This document shows, one piece after another, positions 13,621 through 25,605 of a stretch of 64,000 nucleotides of DNA. The position numbers and the translations under genes were made by a program. The notes under the pieces are model-generated. The model did not search any database and had not been told where the DNA came from. It saw nothing but the letters and a program-made list of their open reading frames with translations. This DNA is from Ruditapes philippinarum (Eukaryota), in the NCBI RefSeq assembly GCF_026571515.1, contig NW_026864078.1:124001-188000 (forward strand), in the 5' to 3' direction. The number at the start of each line of letters is the position of its first letter. Within the stretch, counting starts at the first letter, position 1.

Positions 13621-13962
13621 TGTTCAAACATATTTGAAATGATAATTGGATAGAAAACAAAATAAGTCTATTACCATATCCTTGGTATCTTCTTTTTGTT
13701 ACTATTATATCTTAAACAATAATTAAGTAAGTATTGAATTATAACTAGTAATCTTAAATAAGCACAAGATTTTTTTAATTTTTGTTTGGAATGTTTTTGA
13801 AAGAAATTCTTTATATATAATGTACATGTTCATGATATTTTTTTCCCATTTATTATTTACTATTATATTCTTTTTCTCAACTTGCCCACAGTGCAGAATT
13901 GTTAGTTGTTTTTTAAGAACTTCAGAAGATCTCAATGGCTTTGAACATTTCATTGTAGTAAT

Positions 13963-16900
13963 ATGTATGAACTAAGTATTTTATCCCTTAATTGTCGTGG
14001 CCTGAATGATTACAAGAAACGCATTGATGTATTTAATTTTTTTAAAGGATCAAAAAACACCATATTTTATTGCTTACAAGATACACATTGTACAAAAAAG
14101 CAGAAAAAAGCTATATATGCTCAGTGGAGTGGAGAATGTCTATTTAGTTTTTCTAAGTCTAATGCTAGAGGTGTAGCTATTTTTGTTTAATAAAAATTTG
14201 GAATTTGAAATCCACAAAAAGATAAATGATGATATAGGTAACTTTATTTGCATTAGATGTTACAATTGAAAAAAAAAATAGGTTAACTCTTGTAAATCTG
14301 TATGGACCAAATAATGACAATCCAGATTTTTATGAAAAAGTTTTTGAAACAATAGATGGTCTAAATAATGATAAATACATAATATGCGGTGATTTTAACT
14401 TAGTTTTAAATCCAGAAATTGATTACTATAATTATAAAAGAATAAATAATAAAAAAGCTAGGGAAAACTTACTAAAACATATTACTGAACGTCTGCTTAT
14501 TGATCCATTTAGAGATTTCTTTCCAAGTGTCAAAAGATATACATGGAGAAGATGTAACCCAGTACAACAAGCAAGATTAGATGTCTTCCTTGTTACTGAA
14601 GACCTGGTCCCTAATATAAAAAATTGTGATATTCAATCAAGTTACAAATCAGATCATTCTTTTATAACACAAAATATATATTTTTCAGATATTTCTCATG
14701 GTAAAGGGTTATGGAAACATAACAATGCACTTTTAAATGATATTGATTACATAGCCTCATTTAACAAAAAAAAATAATGATATAAAACAACAATATTGTC
14801 TACCTGTTTATAATTTAGATAACATAAATGATGTACCTAATGATGAAATACAATTTGTTACAAATGATCAATTATTTTTGGAAACACTTTTAATGGAATT
14901 ACGAGGACAGTCAATATCATATGCAAGTTTTGTAAAAAAAAAAGAAATCAAAGTTAGAATCTGAAATATTAAATAAAATTCAGTCTTTAGAGAATGAGTT
15001 AAATAATGAAAACTCAGATGAATTATTCCAATTAAAACAACAATGGAACTCCTTAAGAGAAGAAAAACTAAAAGGACATATATTGAGATCAAAAAGTAAA
15101 TGGATTGAGGAAGGAGAAAAACCCTCTAATTTTTTTTGTAATCTGGAGAAGCACTATTATCTAAATAAAACTATTTCAAAACTGGAGAAAGAAAATGGTG
15201 AAGTTATAAAAGACCAGCCTGAAATATTACAAGAAATGTATGACTTTTATGAAAAACTGTATAAAAATCATGATAATGAAAATTTAGATTTTAATATGTA
15301 CTTGCAAAGTGATAATAAACCTACCCTTAATTATTTCGAGACAAATTCAATTGAAGGTAAACTAACATTTAAGGAAGCAGGTTTAACTTTACAATCTATG
15401 ACAAATGATAAAAGTCCAGGCAGTGATGGCTTCTCTTCAAACTTCTTCAAAATATTTTGGAAACAACTAGGACACTTTATTGTACGTTCCCTTAATTATG
15501 CCTTCGATACTGGTCTTATGTCCATAACTCAAAGACAGGGAATTATAACCTGCATACCAAAGGAAAATAAACCACGTCATCTCTTAAAAAATTGGAGACC
15601 CATAACTCTATTAAATATAGTGTATAAAATTGCATCAGGTTCAATTGCAAATAGGTTAAAAACTGTATTAGATAAAATTATTAGTAACGAACAAACTGGC
15701 TTTTTAAAGGGAAGATTTATTGGTGAAAACACTAGATTACTTTATGATATTATGCATTACTTAGATGAAAAGAATTTACCTGGTCTTCTTTTGCTTATTG
15801 ATTTTGATAAAGCTTTCGATTCCATTTCTTGGCAATGTTTACAAAAAACCTTAGACATATTTAACTTTGGTAATTCAATTAAAAAATGGATAAAGGTATT
15901 TTATAACAATATTGAAAAGTGGCTTTCTTTCAAACTTTTTCACAATCGGTCGTGGGTGTCGTCAAGGAGATCCGTTATCACCTTATATTTTTATCCTATG
16001 CACTGAAATTCTAATCAGAAAAATTAAGCAGAACCAAATCATTAAAGGTATCAATGTTGGTGGCATAGAACATATTATATCTCAATATGCAGACGATACT
16101 TCTTTTTTACTTGATGGATCAGATAAGTCTCTTAATGAAACACTCAATGAACTAGAACAATTTTCAAGATATTCAGGACTTAAAATAAACTTTGATAAAT
16201 CTTGTACCATATGGTTAGGATCAAAAAAATATAGCACCTACTCCATAAAAACAAAATTCAAAATTCTTTGGGGACAATCACAATTCAAACTTCTTGGCAT
16301 TCACTTTCATGAAGATCTACAAAAAATGGTGGAACTAAATTACAAAGAGAAAATAAAAAAATTAGAAAATTCAATAAAATTTTGGAATCGCAGATATTAG
16401 ACCCCAATAGGAAAAATAACTGTCATCAAAAGTCTCTTAATACCAGTTAGGAATCAGCTATTCCTAACACTGCCTTCACCTGATGTAACAATGTAAAAAA
16501 AATAAATACAATCTTATTTGATTTCTTATGGCAAGGTCCGGCCAAAGTAAAAAAAGCAATTATAGTAAAGGAATATTGTGAAGGTGGTCTAACATGATTA
16601 ATTTAGAAGCATTTATCAGAGGAATGAAACTAACATGGATTAGAAGGTTAATTTTCTATAACAGCCAATGGCAGACACTGACACATCTTTATTTTTGATG
16701 AAACTAAATTGTTCACTTGCGGAAAACACTATGCTGAAAAATGGCAAAGGCCTGTATCAACCAATTTTGGAAAAATGTTCTTCTAGATCTTTCACATTTT
16801 ATATCATTAATGAACACAGATTCAGAAAATTGTCTTAATGAACCGTTATTTTATAATCACAATATTGTAATTGGTGATAAAAGTGTTTTTTACAAATCTT

Positions 16901-17719
16901 GGTACCAAAAAGGTGTTACATGTATTAATGACATTTTTGATAAAGACAATATAATCTTGAGTAAAGATCATTTACAAAATCTATTTGGTTTGAGAATAAA
17001 TATACTGCATTATATGGGAATCAAAAATAGTATTAAGAAATTTCTTAAAAAAGTGAAAATCAATGTAAATATAATAGATAAGCAACAACAACCCTTCTTA
17101 CCTGCTTTCTTATCAGTCATAATTAAGAATAAACAAGGTACCAATGCCATATACAAAATATTTAACAATAACACTGAAAAACCAACAAGTCAGATTAAAT
17201 GGCAACACAAATTTGCAGTTGAACAAACCAAATGGAAATCTTATTATAGTTTGCCCTTTAACAACACTAAAAATACTAGTGCACAATGGCTACAATTTAG
17301 AATACTACATAAAATATTACCAGTAAATGAGTACCTTTTCAAACTAAAACTGAAAGACTCCCCACTTTGTTCTTATTGAAAGCATTGAGCATCTCTTTTG
17401 GTCATGTGTTCATACATCTAGGCTTCTCAATGAGGTAAAATTAGTATGTGAAAGAAATAATGTACAATTCCAAGTGAATGAAAGAACAACTATCCTAGGT
17501 ACAAACAATATACCACTGTATAATACATTACTATTAATAAAACAGTTCATTTTTCAAAGTAGATTTTTAAATGGAACTTTGACATTCCCTAGACTGAAAT
17601 TTTTTCTTCAATTCCAATACAATTTAAACAGAAATATAGCTTTCAAAAGAAATACATTATCAGATTTTGAAAAAGAATGGAAACTGGTCAAAAATATTTT
17701 TCAGGACGCCTCAGATTAA
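13963..17719 (+). pseudogene. LINE ORF2 (AP endonuclease, reverse transcriptase, C-terminal Cys/His knuckle) with frameshifts and stops
   Basis: SLNCRGL, LQDTH, NLYGPNND, GDFN, YTWRR, RLD, SDHS; KSPGSDG, NWRPITLLN, LIDFDKAFD, GCRQGDPLSP, QYADD; QFRILH...LCSY...EHLFWSC. Split across many frames. Confidence 0.93.
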
Positions 17720-17981
17720 GTTTATATTTAAATATTTTTCTTTTAGCTAAGAAAATTCTATTAATGGTTCATGTAACAAAGGTGGGCAAGTTTTGTTTTT
17801 GTTTTTTTTTTTTTTTTTTTTGGTTTAGTATTATAGCTATTAAGTAACTTTCCTATATACATGTATCTTTTTATTATTGTTTCTTGTCATTGTATACAGT
17901 TTATAATTAAACATGAAATGACATTGTAAGATGCTGTTTGGGATGCCCTCGACCCTTCAGCATCATATGACGAGGACAACA

Positions 17982-18015
<34 letters not shown>

Positions 18016-19422
18016 AACCAAATATATAACACCTTCTTACAAACATTTAACGTTTTATCAAACACGTTATTTGCAAACAAAAAACAAATTTGACAAATGA
18101 TTAGAACAAGTCAATTTCATGTATGTAGATACATTTTGTATATAAAATAAATAAATAAAACCCGTCTCTTGTTAACACAATTAACATTTACCTTGCATAA
18201 GAGCGACACAGTATAGGAATTAACTTCAACCTACCCTGTTATATTGCGGAAGTAAAATTCAAATGATCGCGATTATAAATTTCTGAACCTGCTATTGCGA
18301 ATTCATGAATACTCGAAATAATCCGGGGCTGGGTTTTCGCGAAATAAAGATCACGCGAATATAAAATGATTTACAGTAGAAATATTACAACCGAGATCAA
18401 ATGAGATGCTGCTAAACCGGCTAAGTATTAAGAGTAAATTAAATATTCTTTATGATGAAGCTTAAGTAAGTGTTTTATATTAATTATTTTATCCACTTGA
18501 ATGGGACTTTCACAAATATGAATTGTCGCTTGCCTATATTATGTTATAATAGGTATCATTGGCACATATGGTAAATTTCTCACGTTTTACAGTTTATACA
18601 ATCTAACTGATGCTAAAGACAGATGATTTTAGAATATGCAATAAACGTACTGGTTCGCTTCAAAATAGCAGTCATATATAAAGCACGTGGGCATCATTAA
18701 TTATACTATTATCATTATTCAATTGACATTGACTGAAATCGTAGGTTGTATTGTGCAAGAATTCTCCGATTTTGATCATTGTTACAAATAATTATTAGAT
18801 TATTAAAACAAGTATTTAAATGGCATTTGCAATCATAGGAAAACAATTATTAATTTTTCAGCTATAAAATATACACTTTCGACTCAAATAGAAAGGTCAA
18901 TAACGATAACAACAACGGCAACTGGTGTTTAATTTTCCTTTACTTAACATTTAGTAAAAGACATATATGTAATTATATCTCTTTACAAAGGCATTGAGGT
19001 CATTTTACTCACCTTTGTTTCACTTAATAGGCAAAAGACATTTCATTTGAGGAAATCATTTGTCATGCTCTTTTCAACAAATAGACCGAAAGCTGTCAAG
19101 GTAGCCTGTTTTAATGAATGTGTCACAAACCAGATACTAGTTTCAGCTGGTGGTGTCGTGTGTTACTCAAATATATCAGTTATATATAACGAATTGCTTT
19201 ATCAAAACGGTTACCTAAACTGCTTTGCTTATATGCTCTAGCTAACATTAGTTCATTGACAAGTGTAATGTTAATGCAGAGCGTGTAACACGCATTGACT
19301 TTTTAGAGCCGAAAGTTTGATATATTGAAAAAGTATAATAAAGTAGTGTTCGATTACAATGCATGCTATCACTAGAAGACAAATAACATATTCTATCAAT
19401 CGAAAATAGGAAAACAAAATAA

Positions 19423-19897
19423 TCCGAAAGAAGCATTCTTGCATATCAGACTGGCGTTTCCGTGAGTTTTACCCATGCCGGAAATTTCATCTGGCATGGG
19501 GGTGCCAGATGAGTCGCGTGCCAAACATCAACGTCGTTTTTGCGCGCTTTATGAATGAACCGCGTTAAAATGACGTCGTTTTAGAAGGGAAATATGTGCT
19601 AAGGATGACGTCATTTCGCCGTTGTTATTTAAGTTGTAAGTTCATACGCTATTGTAAGAAAATAGTTATGGATGAAATGACTTTAATTTCCATGAACATA
19701 TATCATATTGAGGTAAACAATTTTAGATATGAAATAATTTGGCAGAATATGCAAGAAAAAATATCTTTCATATCTTTGCGGTTCGGATCGGAATATCCGT
19801 CCCTCGGGAACCCGCCCATTGGGCGGTAACTCGGCAAGCCTCGTGACCGCCCAATGGGCGGGTCCCCTCGGGACGGATATTCCGGTCCGAAAGATAT
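19423..19897. mobile_element. CpG-rich non-autonomous element with a long terminal hairpin (Crypton-like assignment tentative; left boundary approximate)
   Basis: Near-perfect inverted repeat at 19782-19891 around a tcggcaagcctc loop. Second IR ttcttgcatat/atatgcaagaa. GC content is far above background. Confidence 0.55.
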
Positions 19898-20913
19898 TAT
19901 TATTACATTCGAAACCAAGTTATTTCAATGCACGGACCATACAATGAAATTTTAATCAGTTCTTCTATGCTCATGTTATACTACAAGATTGTAATAATAT
20001 TCAAAGTCATATTGAGATAGGGTTTGCAAAATAATTTTTTTGCATGAAGTTTACAGGTGAGGGTAAAGACGGAGATTTGCGTTATTATTAATGGCTGTAC
20101 GGTTTTTTTAACAAATGTACCAAAATTTAAACTAACAATGTAGAAATAATTATAACATTTTGAAGATTAGGTATATTCTAAACTGTTATTGTGTCAATCA
20201 TTTTTATAAAATGCACCTGTTTTAGACAGCAAATTCATTTAATTTAACAAAAAATAAACAATGATGTTGCAATCTTAGTAACAGATGCATTGCCTACGAA
20301 TTGATGGTGTTTCCGAAGTAGCTTAGTACCTTAAAAAATGTTTGTTTTTGAAACTAAAAGTACAACGTTTTTTAAATATATCATATGATATTTGCTTTAT
20401 TTAGCTAAATTGGTTAAAACCATCGGGAAACACGTGTCGGTATTTATTCAATAATGTTTTGAATTGCACAATAAATCAATGCAATTTACAATGTTCCTCC
20501 TGAAAGACTGCAATCGTGCATTTAATCCTCTTACATTATACACATGAAACAAGGGATTATATCGCATCATGCAATTGTGCAATTTGATATGATTTATGTT
20601 TCTGCAAGAATAAAGAGAGGCATACGTGGCGTTTTAATCACATCGATATGTAGCGAGTTTCAATATTTTAGTCCCAGCGTGAGTTTCTTTTTCATTTTTC
20701 TTGTTTTACAGAATCTCAAAAAGGTTTTCAATCAAAATATAGCAAGTATCTTTTTTAAAAGGAGTTGAACATTCAACATGATTTTGTTCTCAAATTGTAT
20801 ATTAAAATGACTGCTACATTCTATGTTTTTCGTATTTTATAAAATAACGGTTTACGCGCTATAAGACCGTTATATGGACAGAGTTGACATTTCACACATA
20901 TGTTTCCTGAGAG

Positions 20914-21075
20914 GGGTTGTTTTTTTACGTCGCATCAACACAGTAAAGCTCATGTGGTGACGTTCGAGCTTATCCAGAAAAATCTGTGAAATATTTCAGG
21001 CACGAACGGGCCCCTTATTAGAAAAACTTACGTTCCATAAGCAAGCTGGATAGCTTTTGCACATAACAAATCCCA
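20914..21075 (-). mobile_element. Degenerate SINE fragment
   Basis: ttccataagcaagctggatagctt and ttacgtcgcatcaacacag blocks are reverse complements of the family seen at 6435 and 35725. Confidence 0.6.
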
Positions 21076-24000
21076 TAAATTATACATTGTTTATGCTTTT
21101 TTTTGTTGGAACAATCAATCTACATAGTTTTTTTTTATATCAATAGCGTTGATAATTATATTTTGAACCATAGTGCAATGTAAAACTGGGTTGATACCCC
21201 TGGATTAGATAGAGATATAGAGGAAATATACACATTTTTTTAAGTTCTAGTAACAATCAGGGTTGCATACTAAAACATATTTCACATCACACACAGCATT
21301 TTATTCATGATAGTAAATAACTTAATTCAAAGTTTGCCCAAAGTGCTCTTACATTAGACTCTGTATTTGGAAACATTAATGGAACTGTCTCCAAGAATCT
21401 CTGCATAACATTGAAACATCTCATATTATCTCAATAATCAGTGTATGCTATTTATGCGCCCGAATGCCGAGAAACAAACCTGAAAAACAATGTAATATGT
21501 GATGGAAAAAATATACCGAATATTAAAACGTAGAAATAAACTTAATAGAATCCCAACTTTTTTTTACTTTTTTGTGGGTGACTAAATTAATTGAGAAAAT
21601 AAAGGCAAGCTTTTCAAAATGATGAAAGAAGAAGTTAAGCAAGAGTTCATGTACAACTCCGTTACCAAAGTCTTACCATAATAACTACTTGACCTGTTCA
21701 TTTTATTTTCATTATCTGATTAAATTTATTGTTTGATGTTTTAGTCGTGCTTTTATTGTCTCTTTCTAATAATATCGGCAAATTGCTGACAATTATGTCC
21801 ATAATCTAAATTGATGATATTTACATCGAGCTAATGTTAAATCCTTCCAGAAGAAAATATATGAACTTGTACGAGTGTCAATGTCTATACTAGATAAAAT
21901 CGTAAATATCGTTAGTTTAATATAGGCTCATAATAGGCTAACAAACTCACTTGATATATTTGTACTGTCTAATCTTGATTATTGTCAATATGAAAATGTT
22001 AATCTGAGGATACAACTTTTTTAATATAACCATTTCGTTTGATAGTAAAACAAGTTCAATGTGTTTATTATATAAGAACGTTATATAAACTACTGTACAG
22101 CTTTGGTGTTTATACTTCGTAACAGATAAGAAATATAAAATTTCCTTTTACTATTAAATACAAGTTAAGCCATTTAATATTATTGATATTATTCATATAA
22201 ATTGGTGTGCAAAAAAAAGCTCGACCTCGATTAAATAGTAAACGTTTGAGAACCATTTTTGTAGTGTCATTTTTGAAAATATGTTGTCATTGATACGATT
22301 ATAGGTATCTTAAATTGTGTAACATAATATGTAAAGGGTGGATCTGCTCAAATCAATGAAAAAAATATGAGCTGAAATTTATTGACTCTTGATTTATTTG
22401 ATATGTTAATGGAAGTGTTCAGTACACAAGACGTCCTCCAGCACTTGTGTAACCGGTATCTAATCCCCAATACCGAAGAGGAAGTACGATTGGCCTCTGT
22501 ATTCGCAAATCAATTTAAAATTCTCATCTGGTATTTTCACAACATCAAGCTTGCGAAAATATCCCTGTATGATTTTGGTTAGGACAAATTTCATGTTGCA
22601 TTGTTTCTTTTAGTCTATATTATGTTTTAGACTGTCACATAAATAAGTTCTGTCAAATGCGATTTTTATTAACAGTTACGAAAATATCACAGAGGATAAT
22701 ATTAGTTTCGCCGTATCTATTCAATCAAAAACATTTAGGTTATGAGAACAAAGATAGATACAATGATAAGTAACTTTTGTAGTACTGTAGATTTGTAGCT
22801 TAATTGATGGTTAAAGACAAGTATTTCAAAAGGAATGGGCGACTATATAGAGCATGGACATAACGTAGGATTTTGCATTCACTTACTAGCATTTCATGTC
22901 TATTATCAAAAAGAAAATATATATCAATAAATTTCTTTCAGTTTCTAAAATAGAGAAAAAACATTAAATGACGAAATATCTATTTAATAAAGATACATAA
23001 ATAGTTTCCTACTTATGAGACAGTCTTCATAGAATATATTGCGTCAATCTTATGTAAAGGCTACCGTTTGTTTATAAGACGATAATTACGTCTTTCATGT
23101 TTTAATTTCATTTACTTACTATTACAAGCATTCTGACATGATTTTCTCATGCCCTTATTACAACAAAGGAACCAGAACTGATCACTTTTATTTTATATGC
23201 TGATTACTTAAGTATGCAATACATTGCAAAACATTAGGTAAGCGTAAGATGACCTTGCACAGAAAATGTTTTTTATTCAGTATATATGAAGCTATGTCAT
23301 AGTGATATAGACGATATAGACTACGAGACAACAACAACAATTTTCACTCAATCAATATTATCAAGTTGAAACATTTACACAAATAATGTCAATAGAGGAA
23401 GTAAAGTCATTTATCATCTAGTCGTTTGTTATTTCAGACAATCAATCTTCTTCTGATAGAAGATAGGCATGTCTTTGACATTGTTTTCACCCCTTTTATT
23501 GTTTGACTGCTATCGAGCAATGTCAAAAGGGTGGGTTTGTTTACAAATATCAATTCCAGTAATTGCATTGCTTTAAAGATTCAAAGTCGATAACAACATT
23601 TCTTTTTTACATAGTTATTTGAGTTGAATATTACCCCCATCGAGAACAGGTTCGTCATATTCACTTTATTATTTGTTTTGATATATGTATATGTTATAAA
23701 ATAAAAATATTGCACGGAAATCAGTTACGTTTCTTATAAAATGTAAGTTTCTTTGGAAAAATGTCATTACCACATATTTGAAGGTTTATTTATTACTATT
23801 TATATGACGATTGTTATAGATAAAATATTATTTAAAAGGAATAATATTCTGTGTTGCTCTATGGAAAAACATTTAAAATATCATTTACCGATTCGTTTAA
23901 TTTGCGTAAGATATCGCAATATAATCAACGTATTTTAAATCCACGCCTACTGTCTCATAAAATAGCATATCAGATGAAAAGCGAGAACATTGTTGAACGG

Positions 24001-24467
24001 AATACCAAGAAATAGTATTATATGCTAAAACAAAAACAAAGTTATAAGATATATAATTGACCTTTGTTGATGCACGTTTTATTTCACTCAATATCCGTGA
24101 CTCAGGGAACCTTTAAAGACAGTTTATTGCAACAACGGCTTCTGTAAACAAAACATTCTTGTCAAATATCATCACACTAGTTCGTGTCAAGCATAACAAA
24201 TGCATGTTTTCGTAAAAAGAAAACTAGCGAGGTTACCGAAAAAGAGGTATATTTTTATGTAAAAAATATCGCGTACCTAACTTAAACAACAACCTAATCA
24301 CTTAAAATGTATCCTCGTGATCCTGCAGCTGTTAATGCATAAAAATATGCATTAACCAAACATTAAACTATTTTTACATCAATTTGTTGAAGTTGATCAA
24401 AACAATGATTGTACATAGTACCAGACATTCATTCGAACATCTCGCAAAAAAGAAAAACATTATGGAA

Positions 24468-24705
24468 ACAAAGTGATCCCTCGGAAGCATTAAAACAAAA
24501 TTACTTGAAAATTGCAGACTCGGTTTGATTGAGTCTGTACATGAGGGATAATGATACTCTGGAAACAAAGTGATCCCTCGGAAGAATCAATTACAACAAA
24601 ATTACATGAAATTTGCAAACTCGATTTGATTGAGTATGTACATGAGGGATAATGAATGAGTGCAATATCCCTCAAGCCCCTAGCACCTGCTTGAGCGGTA
24701 CTCAA
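24468..24705 (+). repeat. Two tandem ~101-bp copies of the GACTCGGTTTGATTGAG repeat family
   Basis: ggaaacaaagtgatccctcggaag x2 and gaaa(a/t)ttgca(g/a)actcg(g/a)tttgattgagt(c/a)tgtacatgagggataatga x2. Hairpin GAGGGATA...TATCCCTC. Confidence 0.75.
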
Positions 24706-25462
24706 AGTAGCATTGTACACTGCCAGGTGTCCGATATGTTGAAGCTAGAACTTCTATAATTTCTAATTTCTACCAGTATCAAAACAGACATGTTAGTTAA
24801 ATTGTACATTATTATTCATGTGTCAAAAATCTATTATTGGTGTATGTCAGTTTACCTCAGGGTCACATAAAGTATAACTTCAGTTCCAAAAGACAAAAAG
24901 ACAGTTACTAAACACAAAAGTTGTACTTAGTGACATTTATTTTGTAAACAAACAAACATGTAGACAAACAAAAAATATCATTTCTGCAAAATAATCTCCA
25001 ATTCAAGTTTAAACGAAAAAGTAATAATGTCTTTCCTTAATATGCTACATTTACAATAGTGCTAAGCAAAGGTCGCATGTCGAAACAAATTTTCATCAAA
25101 GTTGTATTGTTTGTAAATTTATCATGTCAAAGCAAATCTAATAAGCTGCTGCTTTGTCGGGAATTTCTTTCTTTGATTAAATTAATGTACGAGAATCTTG
25201 TTAGCAAAGTAAGTTCTGCCTTTCTAACGACATAAATTTAACACGGTGTTATGGGATAGACATTACTTTAGTCCTCAGTCTATCAAAATTCAGATCAAAA
25301 CAAAGACACAATAAAGTTGACGAAACAGAGGTCAATGTGAAAATAAAAACGGATTGTTTTGTTCCCTTTGTTTTAAAGAATTAGTAAAATTGTCATTTCC
25401 GAAAAAAATATCTATACAACTTAACACACATTGAAAACATCCATTTAAGCTTTTTATACCCT

Positions 25463-25605
25463 TTGTTTCAGATGTATATGAATTGTTTCAGGTGTAAATG
25501 AATTCCTTCAGGTGTTACATGAATTGCCCAAGGTGCATATAAATGATCTCAGGTATATATGATTTGTTTCAGCTGTACATGAATTGATTCAGATGTATAG
25601 GAATT
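25463..25605 (+). repeat. 20-bp minisatellite, ~7 degenerate copies (TTGTTTCAGGTGTATATGAA)
   Basis: Periodicity is directly visible. Confidence 0.85.

Larger units (their letters stand above)
11310..18014 (+). mobile_element. Full-length L1/Tx1-type non-LTR retrotransposon (~6.7 kb)
   Basis: TSD CAAATATATAACAC at 11296-11309 and 18019-18032. Contains 5' UTR, ORF1, 1.4-kb spacer, EN-RT-CCHC ORF2, AATAAA and an A31 tail (17984-18014). Confidence 0.95.
7738..18378. mobile_element. Non-autonomous DNA transposon (TA-flanked MITE, ~0.75 kb without its inserts), host of nested insertions
   Basis: Left TACTGTTAATCCGGTATTTTTCGCGATGTTTAAATTTTCGC and right TTCGCGAAATAAAGATCACGCGAATATAAAATGATTTACAGTA are imperfect inverted repeats with TA at both ends. 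TCGCGA-like motifs cluster at both ends only. Confidence 0.7.
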
